A DNA stretch of 64,000 bases from Candidatus Bathyarchaeota archaeon (GCA_963733095.1 CAVTBV010000013.1:439705-503704); one strand, 5' to 3'. Positions 1-10,365 are shown, counted from the stretch's first letter. A program made the numbers and translations. The notes: generated from the sequence alone by a model not told the origin.

Positions 1-614
1 TAATCGTTGTTTTCAACCACTGCACCAGCTAAGTTGTCTCCAAATTGGCCAATACCTAGCCAGTTTCCACCGATTACTTTCCATTCTCTAGCTTGTGCAT
101 CGATGGGGCGAGTCCAGTATTCTGTTGGCAATGGTATTGCAGGGTATTGATCAATTGGCGCATCGGTTACTGTGAGGTTAAGTATTTGGCTGTCAGCTGC
201 CTCATAGTAAAGTTGATATTCTGTTCGACCAATGCTGTAGTTGTACCATTGTGCGGGAAAGTGCGTCTGTATTTGGTATGTGCCTGCAACATCTGGTACA
301 AATGTTGTGCCCGTACCGCCCGTTGCATCTGTTCTAAAAGGCCCCAAGGTTTGCATCGTACCATCGGGTTTGATTATTATAGCTGTTATCCCTGTCCAGC
401 CATCTTGTGTTATCCGCAGAGGTTGTGTGATGCCCAAATGGAGAAGGGTTTCTTGACCAACTCCTACAGGGTTTGGTGTCGAGCCGATGAAAGCATATGC
501 TTTGATTTTGCCGGTAACTTGGCTGTCGGCAAGTGGTAAGGTAGCGGCAAGAGATATTGATATTGACAACATTAGAAACAAAGCAAGCAAAATCGTAGTT
601 TTATGTTTAGACAT
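1..614 (-). CDS. PQQ-type beta-propeller surface protein, N-terminal part (runs off window)
   Basis: Hand translation from ATG 614: MSKHKTTILLALFLMLSIS...PNPVGVGQ...KPDGTMQTLGPFRTDATGG...LPTEYWTRPI...GGNWLG; same motifs as paralogs at 36224, 45272, 52532. Not in ORF track. Confidence 0.9.
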   Translation of the reverse strand, partial: MSKHKTTILLALFLMLSISISLAATLPLADSQVTGKIKAYAFIGSTPNPVGVGQETLLHLGITQPLRITQDGWTGITAIIIKPDGTMQTLGPFRTDATGGTGTTFVPDVAGTYQIQTHFPAQWYNYSIGRTEYQLYYEAADSQILNLTVTDAPIDQYPAIPLPTEYWTRPIDAQAREWKVIGGNWLGIGQFGDNLAGAVVENND

Positions 615-730
615 TTTTCTTTTTTCTTCCCCTAAACTTATAATTGAACAGAAACAAATTTTTCCAAAAAATTGTTTTTGTTCAATGGTCTTTGTTTTGT
701 TAGGATATAATTTATAAAGTTAATTGGAAA

Positions 731-742
731 GTGGGTACTGAC
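731..742. promoter_or_regulatory. Candidate operator GTGGGTACTGAC upstream of TATA of the PQQ-propeller gene
   Basis: Similar 12-mers at 47810-47821 and 39037-39048 upstream of paralogs. Confidence 0.5.
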
Positions 743-1380
743 GTCGAAAATGAATTATAAATTGATAAGAATAGGCGTAATTATAACAAAATTATGGCAT
801 AAATAGATAAAGCCAGATATAAACATTCGTTAACAAAACTGGGCTTTAAAGGTCTGAGAAATTTCGGTTTTAGATTTCTAAGACAGCAAAAGCTTATTTT
901 CTGATAAAAACAATAAAGCATTCGTTGTCTTGTTTTGTGGTGTCTTAAGAGCTTACACTCTTTGTATTGTCTTATTGGTGTAAATCGAAAGTCAGTCAAG
1001 CTGCCCTAGACGCTAAAAATGTTTGAAGATCTCAAGGAAATAATTCTTTTTACTATGCATTTCATGACACATTCTAATTAATTTATGGTAAAAAGTGTTA
1101 ATGGAAAAATTATTTAAACGTGTAAACAGCCTATTTAACCATACTTTTGCGAAGAAATATGTTACAAAAGTGTTGTAAAAGGGTAAAACCGAACAAACGG
1201 CACTTTTTCAATGAAAACCTATGGAGAAAACCCGTATAATTATTGAATTTCTTGATAATTCCTAAAAAGAGATTGTGTTCCAACACAACAGTGTGTTCCT
1301 TAAATGGAACAGATTGTTCCACGAGTAGAGCTAAAAGGCACTTTTGGTCCCTAAATAGATAAAGGAGTTTTGAGAAAACC

Positions 1381-1941
1381 ATGCGTCCGCTAGCAGGCAA
1401 GAAATTCACAATAATACTTATTATCGCACTTACCTTAATGACTTCAGTAACTGTAACATTACTTAGTAAAAACGAGTTCCTGACGAAAACTAATGCTGAA
1501 TTACTAAGGACAAATAATGAATTACAAGAGAAGTACGGTAGCTCTTATGAGAATTTATTAATACAATTACAAAATGTATCTTCCGAGTTAGAGAATGTTA
1601 GAAGAAATTATACTCAGTTATTGAAATTTTTTGGAGCAGATTCGGAGCCTAAAATACAAACCCTGCTTGGAACAACTTTAATAGAACCATACCAAAATAA
1701 AGACGAAAACTATCTTTGGGTAACAGGAAAAGTTGAGAACACAGAAAACGTTACAGTTTATGACGTGCGATTGAAGTTTACGATTTTTACAAACAATGGA
1801 GTCGATGTCAAAGAGGACCTTATTGGAACCCTGCAACCCTATCAAGTGGTTGATAGACGTTTCTCAGTCTTAACCTCTATGGGGAAGATAACAAATTGGT
1901 CGATTGAAACAGAAGCAACTTTCATTCCGACCGATTACTAG
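1381..1941 (+). CDS. Membrane-anchored coiled-coil protein with FxLYD-like Ig domain
   Basis: N-terminal TM, coiled coil, VTGKVENT...V.L.FTIF...IGTLQP motif. Confidence 0.7.
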   Translation: MRPLAGKKFTIILIIALTLMTSVTVTLLSKNEFLTKTNAELLRTNNELQEKYGSSYENLLIQLQNVSSELENVRRNYTQLLKFFGADSEPKIQTLLGTTLIEPYQNKDENYLWVTGKVENTENVTVYDVRLKFTIFTNNGVDVKEDLIGTLQPYQVVDRRFSVLTSMGKITNWSIETEATFIPTDY

Positions 1942-2466
1942 CTTCTATTGATCAGACGTGATATAGAAACGATTCAAAACTAAGTTTTAACCTACAAAGA
2001 CCACCAATATTTTTTTGTGCATTAAAATTTAATAATCCCGATTTGACTACGGATACCTGCCCTGTCTGAAAATAAGCTGAAAAGGCAGGGCATTGTTTCT
2101 GCTCCCAATAATTGAGTTTGAGTTCCCCTAAAGAGGGACATCGTGAAGTCTTACTCTGAGAATTTATCTTTAAGAAGATATTTTGACGGACCCGCACTCG
2201 TTAACGTGATGAGACATTCGAGAGGGTTAAAGGTGGTAGCGCATCACTTATTTTTTTAAGGCTGGTCCGCTAAAACTTTCTTGCATTTGCATTTTAATAA
2301 CTTTTTTTGCAATAAATAACTTTGTAACTGGATGAGTGCAGTGACAAAAATGTTCATTTTCACCTTAATTCATAAATTCATTTTAAGGCAATTCAAGGCT
2401 TCAATTATCAAAGCATGGCCCAGTCTAATTATTTTGAATCATTTTGAAGTATTTCAATTTCTTCGG

Positions 2467-3252
2467 CTATTCTTCAGCTTTTTCCCAATCGGATTCAAAG
2501 CTTGTTCTCAACACACCGATAAGGTTCCCGTTGTTTGTCCACAAAGAGGGGCTTTGACCCAATCCGCTTTCTTTGGAAGTTGTAATCAAAGCTTCTTTAT
2601 CATCAGACATTATGAAGTGATTCAAAGGTTCACGATGAAACTTTACTTGAACTGAAGCGCCATCGATGAGTTTTTGCACTTTTTCCATGAGCAACTCGTC
2701 CGGATCTTCTCCTTCAAAAATTAGTCGAATCTGAGCCCCTTTCTTTATCGCCTGCTTGCATTCATCTGAAAACTGAGACATAGTCGGTATGATTCTTGCC
2801 TTGTCTGCAATCAGAGCGACTTCTTTTGCTGAGTTTCTAATCAGTCCCGAAGTCTTCGCCAAAATAGCTTTTTTTTCTGCTATCAGTATGAAAATACTTT
2901 CCTCATTAGAAAGCGGTGGTTTCCAATCCTTAAGCGATAGTCTTTCAACTATACCTTTCATACCCTTCAAACGTTCATCAGATTTGCCTTCTTCTTCTGA
3001 CACAAGGAAACTTAAGGCATCCGATATAGGCGTCGCTCGAATCTCTGTTGGTTTACCTAGCAGTTTTTCGATCAAACCCATATGCTCAAGAGCTGGCAGA
3101 ATCCTGTAGACATCCTCTCGGTACACTTTCGAAAACTTCGATATTTGCCCAAAAGTGGTTTTTTCGAGTCTAAGTATAGCTAAGTAAACCTTTGCCTGAT
3201 TGAGAGTCAAACCTAAACCAAGAAGCAAGTCCATATTTTCGTCGTTGGACAA
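2467..3252 (-). CDS. TrmB-family transcriptional regulator
   Basis: LGLTLNQAKVYLAIL...VYRILPALEHMGLIEK wHTH plus effector domain (FIMSDDKEALI...FESDWE). Confidence 0.9.
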   Translation of the reverse strand: MSNDENMDLLLGLGLTLNQAKVYLAILRLEKTTFGQISKFSKVYREDVYRILPALEHMGLIEKLLGKPTEIRATPISDALSFLVSEEEGKSDERLKGMKGIVERLSLKDWKPPLSNEESIFILIAEKKAILAKTSGLIRNSAKEVALIADKARIIPTMSQFSDECKQAIKKGAQIRLIFEGEDPDELLMEKVQKLIDGASVQVKFHREPLNHFIMSDDKEALITTSKESGLGQSPSLWTNNGNLIGVLRTSFESDWEKAEE

Positions 3253-3779
3253 AATAAACTCCCATTATAATTCTTATATTGAATATTTTTAAATTTTGTG
3301 TCCTTTTTCCAAGTTAGCACTGAAAGTTATTGAATAAGTGATTATTATTTTGCAGGCTATAATCAATAAAACTGGAAAACTTGGTAGAAACGAGTTGGTT
3401 TGTATATGATAAGCTCCAGTTACATAGAGTTATATTCTATTAAGAAAATAACAGTTTTGATTGTAGAATGCAATAAGGAGAAGCGAATTTTGAGCAGAAA
3501 TTCTGAATTGATTGATTTTCGATTGCCAAAAGAAAAATCATGGTGCGTTAGAATAGTTGAAGGTGAATTATTAGACGGTAAAGTCAGAGCAAAACAATGT
3601 TCACAATGCAAGCACTCTTGTAATTTGGTTGCCACTGGATGTGGGAATTCAAATTCAATGCTGTACGGTTGTTCTGCAAGCAAATGTACTCATTTACTCA
3701 TACACGTTAAGTATACTTCTGCTTTTCTTCAATGAAGGTTATTCAATCCATATTTGAGGTAGGTGATGAAGAATTGAAA

Positions 3780-4022
3780 ATGAGTGATGCAATGATATTA
3801 AAACGTGAAATGGTGAGCTCCTGCAACGTAGACGTTGAAATTCTTGAAACCTTTAAGGATGGACTTGTGTTGAGGGTTGAAAACACAGTCAACAGAAACT
3901 CACTTGTGCTTATATCGGATTTTGTTGATAAACATCGGCTAAATATGTTGTTCGATAGTGGGGTTTATTTCATTTCTAAGGAAATCCTTGCGCCGTCAGA
4001 ATTAACTTACTTATCAGAATAA
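3780..4022 (+). CDS. Small hypothetical protein (resembles 51962-52174)
   Basis: ORF after AGGTGA site; similar helix/strand pattern to 51962 ORF. Confidence 0.55.
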   Translation: MSDAMILKREMVSSCNVDVEILETFKDGLVLRVENTVNRNSLVLISDFVDKHRLNMLFDSGVYFISKEILAPSELTYLSE

Positions 4023-4822
4023 GTGAAGTACTATCGTAAAAGCCCTTGGCGGGCGCGATATATAGACTAAGAATTTGTGTATCCAATACCATAATCCCGC
4101 CTCCCACTTCAACACTATCCTTCGCTTTGAAGATTTAAGATTTATCATCATTGAAGACTTGGCTAACGCCTCTAATTTTTTGTTTTTGAAGGGTTTAAAA
4201 TATAGTTTTAAGTTAGGCGAGACAAACAGCACTGCAGAAATCCAAAAATACTGCAAACGAAGTTGTAGAAAATCAAAGAGGGCTCCTACAAAAGATACAG
4301 GCAATCTCAAGATTATGTGCCAATACTATGATAAACCGTATAATGAAAATAAACGGGCTTATGTATACACTGTGGAAAGTTTTTTTGCTCTTTCCATAAA
4401 ATCCCATACAACAGAATTTAATCCCCAAACCCAAACTCTCTCCCACAGACACATGACAAAGCCATAGGCTAAAACTAATAGTTAAGACAAAGAAGAAGAA
4501 TATTCTCAGATAAATGGTATATAACGTGTTTGCATCAAAATTTAACCCGATAAGTCTCCTTTTCCTAAGAGGGCAGAAAAGGGATTTAGGGATCAAAGGA
4601 GCAGAGAATTATGTTAAAGAACTCAGTAAAATGAGTTAGAGCATAATCGTATGTATACCGAAGCAACAAAAACAGAGACGATGTTTGCGAGAAATCCCCT
4701 TTTTCTTTTTAATGGTCTCGTGCTATTGTGCAAAAACAGAGTCCTTAGGTGCAGGGAGGGTGCCCTTTAGGTAGGTGTACTCGCTACCTGAGGTGTTAGC
4801 TTATAAGTACTGCGTTTTTGTT

Positions 4823-5428
4823 TTATTGTTTCATTAGTTTTAAGCCGTTTGTTGATGTATAGACGTTCTGCTCGTACACTCCGTTCCAGTGGTCGTGCCA
4901 TGTGCCTTCCATCTGGTTTGAAGTGAACGTAAATACACCAATTGTACCAATTTGCTCAATCGGACCCGCGTTTCCTTTAGTTAGAGTTAGCTGTGTTCCA
5001 TTTATTGTGCCTGTTAGTTGCATTGGTGAAACATCAGGGGTATAACCAGACCCTTGAACTAATTGTCTATTTGAATAAGTAAACTGTATGTTGACAATTA
5101 CGATGTGCTCGTCGCTTGTTCCCGTTATAGTCCAAGTCATTGTGCGATCTTCTGAGCCCACATTTGTGAGTTGACCGAAGTTTTCATAGTCTGTGGCGAA
5201 TGTAAATTGTGTGGACAATGTTGTTGTCCATGTTCCTTCTATGTCTCTTGTTGGAGTCAGTTTACCTCCATCAGAAATAGAGGTATCAGTGAAATCATTG
5301 AAAAAACCAGTAAAATATAACGCTCCGACGATTGACACGATTAGTATCACAACAGGTATTATTTGACTTGGTTTCGCTTTGTTTTTCGTCTTGTTTGATT
5401 GCGATGGGACTTTGGCAAATCTAAACAT
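4823..5428 (-). CDS. Membrane-anchored beta-barrel-like hypothetical protein
   Basis: 201 aa, TM, IEGTW...MEGTW motifs. Confidence 0.7.
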   Translation of the reverse strand: MFRFAKVPSQSNKTKNKAKPSQIIPVVILIVSIVGALYFTGFFNDFTDTSISDGGKLTPTRDIEGTWTTTLSTQFTFATDYENFGQLTNVGSEDRTMTWTITGTSDEHIVIVNIQFTYSNRQLVQGSGYTPDVSPMQLTGTINGTQLTLTKGNAGPIEQIGTIGVFTFTSNQMEGTWHDHWNGVYEQNVYTSTNGLKLMKQ

Positions 5429-5832
5429 TTTTACACCTTACGCGAGATGAGAGGTAAACCATAAAAAACTTGTGTATTACAAATAAACATGCTTGGACTA
5501 AGCAACAATTTTGTTGACGTGCTATTTCTCGGTTTTTAGGTCTTATGGTGCCAAAAACAGGGCTTTCTGATTACCCATATGTAAGCAGAGCAATTCTTTT
5601 CTAGACAGTTTCTTCGGCACTTCACGAAAGCCCTTTTAAACTGGGACGATGTTGATTCGATGGGGGATGATGTCGCCGTCCCAGTCTGACTGTAAGATGA
5701 AGAACGAAAATTTGACAGACCCCATTTTCTTTTGTGTCTTTTTTTCTGCGGTTGGGTGTTCTTCTGGGGGAACGGGGTGTTCTTTAGGGAGAGTAATATC
5801 TGGGAGTTGTCAATATCTTCTTGGTGACTTGA

Positions 5833-7737
5833 ATGAGTTTTCAAAGTAAAAGGGTCGGAACGTTGAAGAAAAGAGGAATCCTCAAATCCCTTATGCTTGC
5901 GGTAATTTTGTTTTCGGCAGTTTGGATGTTTAGCTTCCAGACGGGGCAAGCTTCTAGGATCATTGTCGTTCCGCAAGATTACCCCACGATAGGTGAGGCA
6001 GTGAGCCATGCTTCTGCAGACGACGTTATAGCGGTGAAGCCAGGGGTTTACTATGAAAACCTGCAAATCGACAAATCCATAACGCTTATGGGCGAAGACA
6101 GAGAAAACACCCTTATCATAGGTGAAGGCGGATCCGACGAACCAGCCGTTCTCACGTTGGCAGCCGCAAACATCAAGGTTTCAGGATTCACCATCCAAAG
6201 CGTCAACAGCACAAATCCCTCACAAAACGCCATAGGCATATACCTCCTGGGCGATGACTGCACAATCAGCGACAACATCATAAAGAGCAACTACTTCGGA
6301 GTTTTCTGTGCCGTCCAATCATCTACAACCATAACCAACAACATCATCACCTTGAGCATTAAAGACGGCGTCCGATTCTATGCTGGCTCCCAAAACAACA
6401 TCTCCGACAACAACATCATAGCAAACGCGGTTTCAGGTGTTGCTTTAGGCGGCTACTCAAATACAGTTGAGGGAAACACCTTTCAGAGCAATACCCGCGG
6501 GTTAGGTTTGGGTGCATCCAACTCTGTGGTGTTCAATAATACAATGGCTTCGAATACTGAGTCAGGTATTTTCCTCTCAGGGTCAAAAAACGTAATCGTT
6601 GGCAACGAGGTTGATTCCAACAAGTACGGAGTCTACATTACGACTCAGGGGGCTTCTCCAACTGCAAACGAAATTTACCGAAACAACTTTGTTAATAATT
6701 TCTATAACGCCTTCGGCAACTCTTCTTACCTTATCGAGAGCTGGGATGGCGGTTCTCAAATGGGCGGAAACTACTGGAGCGACTACCAAACAAAATACCC
6801 CACGGCCGCTGAAAACGGTAATTCAGGAATAGAAAACACTGCATACACCATTAACGCCAACAACCTGGATCAGTATCCCTTGACCACGCCCTTCAGAATC
6901 GCAAGTCTTGACAAGGCGCCAGCGGCAATCTCTCCAAGTCCTGTCAAGCCCAACAGCGTCGTTGCTTCATGGTCATTCGACAGTGTCGATTCGGATCTTG
7001 TGGCTCCCGATTCAACTGGCAATAACCCTGCTGTTTTGGGGTCGGTTACTGGTGTCTACAACTACACCCCGGCCCGGGTGCAAGGCAAATTTGGGGCGGC
7101 ATTAAGCTTCAACGGCAACACCTATGCCGCAGTCCAACCATCACCAAGCCTCGAAACCCTAAATGAAGTAACAGTTGATGTTTGGGTGAATGTGCCCGAA
7201 ATCAAAGCAGACGTCCCCTACAACAATATCCTCATCGAAGCCGTCCGATCCACCGCGTCCCTCCCAACAAGAACTCTCGGTGTAGCGATTAACGGCGAAA
7301 CACCCAGCAATGCAAGTTCCCCACCCATAGGTGTCCTCCGTGCCTATACCATGACATCCAGCGGCTTCAACGAGATAGACACTAAAGAGCCTCTTCCGTT
7401 TAACACTTGGGTTCATGTGGTTTTTGTCCGTAGCATAACCACCGGTATGCACCTCTATGTAGGCGGAAAAGAGCAGTCCGTTACCGTCGTTGCTGGAACA
7501 GCTAACCCCACGGGTCCAATACAGAAACCAACCGACATCTACATCGGACATGACTCAATAACTGAAATCGACCAACTCCAAATCAGTAACAATGCTGAGG
7601 CTTTTGGGCAACCGCTTTGGCAGCAATGGTGGCTATGGGCGGCGATCATATTAGCAGGCGTGGCAGGGTCTGGTTTGGTGTTCTACTTCAAGAGACAGAG
7701 CGTAGGAAAATTATCTAAAAAACAAACAAATGAATAG
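5833..7737 (+). CDS. Cell-surface protein: NosD/right-handed beta-helix + LamG domain + C-terminal TM
   Basis: VPQDYPTI..A, GVYYENL.I.K.I.L.GE, GGNYWSDY; VASWSFD, GKFGAALSFNG, WVHVVFV. Confidence 0.9.
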   Translation: MSFQSKRVGTLKKRGILKSLMLAVILFSAVWMFSFQTGQASRIIVVPQDYPTIGEAVSHASADDVIAVKPGVYYENLQIDKSITLMGEDRENTLIIGEGGSDEPAVLTLAAANIKVSGFTIQSVNSTNPSQNAIGIYLLGDDCTISDNIIKSNYFGVFCAVQSSTTITNNIITLSIKDGVRFYAGSQNNISDNNIIANAVSGVALGGYSNTVEGNTFQSNTRGLGLGASNSVVFNNTMASNTESGIFLSGSKNVIVGNEVDSNKYGVYITTQGASPTANEIYRNNFVNNFYNAFGNSSYLIESWDGGSQMGGNYWSDYQTKYPTAAENGNSGIENTAYTINANNLDQYPLTTPFRIASLDKAPAAISPSPVKPNSVVASWSFDSVDSDLVAPDSTGNNPAVLGSVTGVYNYTPARVQGKFGAALSFNGNTYAAVQPSPSLETLNEVTVDVWVNVPEIKADVPYNNILIEAVRSTASLPTRTLGVAINGETPSNASSPPIGVLRAYTMTSSGFNEIDTKEPLPFNTWVHVVFVRSITTGMHLYVGGKEQSVTVVAGTANPTGPIQKPTDIYIGHDSITEIDQLQISNNAEAFGQPLWQQWWLWAAIILAGVAGSGLVFYFKRQSVGKLSKKQTNE

Positions 7738-7832
7738 CCAGAAAGGGAAAAAGATCCCTTTCTTTACAGGCTTTAATAAATCATAACGGTTTTGGTGTAA
7801 AAATGGATTAAAAAAAACAAGTATTGGGCAAG

Positions 7833-8039
7833 CTATTTTTTGCCTTTGCTCGCGTGTTTGGCTGGAAGTGAGACCTGTTTTCTCTCTTTTCTTTTCTGTT
7901 CTTTTTCACGTAGCATTTGTTTGTGTTTTTCTAATCCTTCAGCTTTTTTTGCTTTTTTAGACAAAATCTTCAACCTTAGCATGCAATAGAAAACGGCGGT
8001 ACTCAAAAACATTATCCCAAATTTTACGTTTTGTCGCAA
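7833..8039 (-). CDS. Small basic hypothetical protein
   Basis: Lys-rich ORF; true start uncertain. Confidence 0.3.
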   Translation of the reverse strand: MRQNVKFGIMFLSTAVFYCMLRLKILSKKAKKAEGLEKHKQMLREKEQKRKERKQVSLPAKHASKGKK

Positions 8040-8078
8040 TATTTAATAACAAAAACCGTTCACGATAAGATGGTGAAA

Positions 8079-8244
8079 TTGAAAAACGCCTAAAGTTGAG
8101 ATTCACTGTCCAAAATGTGGCTCCTCAGCGGTTGAGCGGACTAAGAACCAAGAGTGCCGTTGCTCCTATTGCGGGGAAATTTTTTATTTTGTTACTCCGC
8201 AGTGTGGTTCTCAAACTGATGATTTAGATAGGTACAATCTCTGA
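8079..8244 (+). pseudogene. Small zinc-ribbon protein with apparent 1-nt frameshift just after the TTG start
   Basis: KTPKVEIHCPKCGSSAVERTKNQECRCSYCGEIFYF...; GGTGA then TTG one base out of frame across an A5 run. Confidence 0.55.
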
Positions 8245-8303
8245 GTTGATGTGTTTTTTATTTGTGTTGGGTGGTGGATTTGTATTTTGGCACCGTTACC
8301 TTT

Positions 8304-8339
8304 ATATGAGTAATTATTCATATGAACATTTATTCATAT
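8304..8339. promoter_or_regulatory. Two overlapping ArsR/SmtB-type palindromes ATATGA-N8-TCATAT overlapping the TATA box
   Basis: atatgagtaattattcatat (8304-8323) and atatgaacatttattcatat (8320-8339) directly upstream of the ArsR gene. Confidence 0.8.
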
Positions 8340-8361
8340 AAATGAGGAGCGGTGAAAACAA

Positions 8362-8682
8362 ATGAAAAAAGGGCTAACAAAAATCTGCTACCACTTCTTC
8401 ACAAACCTCGCAAACCCCACCCGACTCGCCGCCATAGAACAACTAATGGACAAACCGATGAGCGTAAACGAACTCGCCACAACACTCGGACAGGAACAAA
8501 GCATGATCTCTCATAACCTAAAACCCCTCCTCCAATGCCACCTCATCGCCATCCAAAAACAAGGCAAAAAACACATCTATACCGTCAACCAAGAAACTCT
8601 AACCCCCATCTTTGAAGCCATCCAAACTCACGCCCAAAAATTCTGCCCCACAGGCGGAAAATGCCTAAAAGGAGAAGATTAA
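8362..8682 (+). CDS. ArsR/SmtB-family transcriptional regulator
   Basis: LANPTRLAAIEQL...SVNELA...QSMISHNL; C-terminal HAQKFCPTGGKC. Confidence 0.92.
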   Translation: MKKGLTKICYHFFTNLANPTRLAAIEQLMDKPMSVNELATTLGQEQSMISHNLKPLLQCHLIAIQKQGKKHIYTVNQETLTPIFEAIQTHAQKFCPTGGKCLKGED

Positions 8683-8683
8683 A

Positions 8684-9331
8684 ATGAAAAGAAAAATCGT
8701 AAACATAAACGAAGACCTCTGCAACGGATGCGGAGCCTGTATTCCTAAATGTGTTGAAGGTGCCCTGCAAATCGTCAACGGCAAGGCAAAAATAATCAAG
8801 GAAACTTATTGCGATGGACTTGGCGCCTGCTTGGGCCAATGTCCTCAAGATGCGATTACAATAACTGAGCGAGAAGCTGAAGCATTCAACCAAGAAGAAG
8901 TCCACGAATACCTAAAAAATAAAACAACGCAGATCCTACAAACACCTAGATCAGCCAACAAGACAACACAAAAGCCCCAGTGGCCCGTGAAACTAAACCT
9001 TGTTCCAGTGAAAGCACCGTTTTTCGAAAATGCCGACATCCTCCTCGCCGCTGACTGCGCTCCTGTCGCCCTCAAAAACTTCCACGACCTCATGGCGGAA
9101 AAAAGAGTCATAATCGGCTGCCCAAAATTCGACGACGCAAGAGCCTACGCACAAAAGCTAACTGAGATTTTCCAGCAAAACAACATAGCCTCGGTGTCTG
9201 TTGTCCACATGGAAGTGCCCTGCTGCACCGGTTTGAAGTGGGCAGTAAACAAGGCGCTGGAAGGTTCAGGCAAACAAATCCCTGTTAAAGAATTCGAGGT
9301 TAAGATTGGAGGTGAAATAGTTGAGCTCTAA
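8684..9331 (+). CDS. 4Fe-4S ferredoxin-domain iron-sulfur protein
   Basis: CNGCGACIPKC, CDGLGACLGQCP, QWPVKL, AADC, GCPKFD, MEVPCC. Confidence 0.92.
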   Translation: MKRKIVNINEDLCNGCGACIPKCVEGALQIVNGKAKIIKETYCDGLGACLGQCPQDAITITEREAEAFNQEEVHEYLKNKTTQILQTPRSANKTTQKPQWPVKLNLVPVKAPFFENADILLAADCAPVALKNFHDLMAEKRVIIGCPKFDDARAYAQKLTEIFQQNNIASVSVVHMEVPCCTGLKWAVNKALEGSGKQIPVKEFEVKIGGEIVEL

Positions 9332-9575
9332 CGACAAACCGATTCAAAAGAGCCCTGAAACTTGCCCTGGACTACGCGACCTCTTGCAGCCTAAGCCCGC
9401 CTACATCAAGTGTCATGTTTGTGGGGGCGACCTTGAAATCTGGAGTGATGAAGACAAAACCACATGCCCAGAATGCGGAGCGGAATGGAAACGCCCTGAC
9501 AGCAACGCTGCCTGCCTTGAGTACTGCCAATACGCCGATAAATGCCGCGGAATCATAGAATCAAGGAAACGATAG
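9321..9575 (+). CDS. Cys-rich zinc-ribbon/Fe-S small protein
   Basis: CPG, CHVCG, CPECG, CLEYCQYADKC; overlaps upstream stop. Confidence 0.8.
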   Translation: MSSNDKPIQKSPETCPGLRDLLQPKPAYIKCHVCGGDLEIWSDEDKTTCPECGAEWKRPDSNAACLEYCQYADKCRGIIESRKR

Positions 9576-9733
9576 AGAAAACAAAATTTCTTGTTTTCTT
9601 CCTCTTGGTGATTATCTATTGTTACGGATTTCTTTTCAGAAACACTTGTCTAGAGCGACTGCTAAAGGTGAAGCCTAAGAAACCGAAGGCTACCGAATTA
9701 AAGCTTGATCTGCAAAAGTGCATCTCAGGCGGC

Positions 9734-10120
9734 TCACTTCGGGGACATCATGTTGCCCAACAATTCGTTCAAGGGCGGCATGCTTATTGGTTCATCTTCC
9801 ACTATCTTTCCGTTGACGAGACGGTAATACGTGAGAACTCGGGCAGAGGCTTTTTTCCCGCTGGCAAGGTGGAAGTTCATTATGCCCCGAAAAACAACCG
9901 AATCGCCTTCAGCTACTAAATCCAAGATTTCAAAATCGCGTGCCGGCGCAGTGGCTTTCAGACCTGAAATCACAGTCTTGAAGCCAGATCGGTCGGTGAC
10001 GCCCATGCTTGGATTAATATATTCAGACGCAAGCAATTCGTCGATAAGGTCAACATTGCCTCCGCTCAAAATTTCTTTGATGAATCTGCGGACAATGGCT
10101 TTGTTTTCATCAGTTGTCAT
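9734..10120 (-). CDS. SnoaL-like ester cyclase / NTF2-family protein
   Basis: ENKAIVRRF, LVAEGD.VV.R, YRLVNGKIVE. Confidence 0.88.
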   Translation of the reverse strand: MTTDENKAIVRRFIKEILSGGNVDLIDELLASEYINPSMGVTDRSGFKTVISGLKATAPARDFEILDLVAEGDSVVFRGIMNFHLASGKKASARVLTYYRLVNGKIVEDEPISMPPLNELLGNMMSPK

Positions 10121-10270
10121 TAAAATTTCTCCTGTACCTTGAGTGGGTCGCGAAGTCAATATAACTGTATTGGGTTACATTTCGTTACCAACATTGACAA
10201 AATAATTTTTTGTGTGCGCGAACGGAAAGATACGATACACTAAAATTAATTCCTGAGTGGAAGAATTGTG

Positions 10271-10295
10271 TGGTGGACCGGACCGTATTCAGACC
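10271..10295 (-). repeat. tRNA-Val 3'-end fragment (att-like copy)
   Basis: GGTCTGAATACGGTCCGGTCCACCA vs tRNA-Val 3' end GGTCCGAATCCGGCCCGGTCCA (19/22). Confidence 0.7.
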
Positions 10296-10321
10296 CTAAT
10301 GGGTATGGGTCCCTGAGGCAG

Positions 10322-10365
10322 AATTCTAAAAAAACGAAAATAAATTCTAAAAAACTGAAAATAAT
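10322..10365. repeat. Tandem ~21-bp AT-rich duplication, flanked by GGGTATGGGTC direct repeats (10301, 10391)
   Basis: aattctaaaaaaacgaaaata / aattctaaaaaactgaaaata. Confidence 0.7.

Noticed and set aside
93-539. Plus-strand 148-aa ORF
   Set aside because: Shadow of the minus-strand PQQ-propeller gene starting at 614.
2206-2250. GTGATGA C-box with terminal stem as a C/D sRNA
   Set aside because: No CTGA D box downstream.
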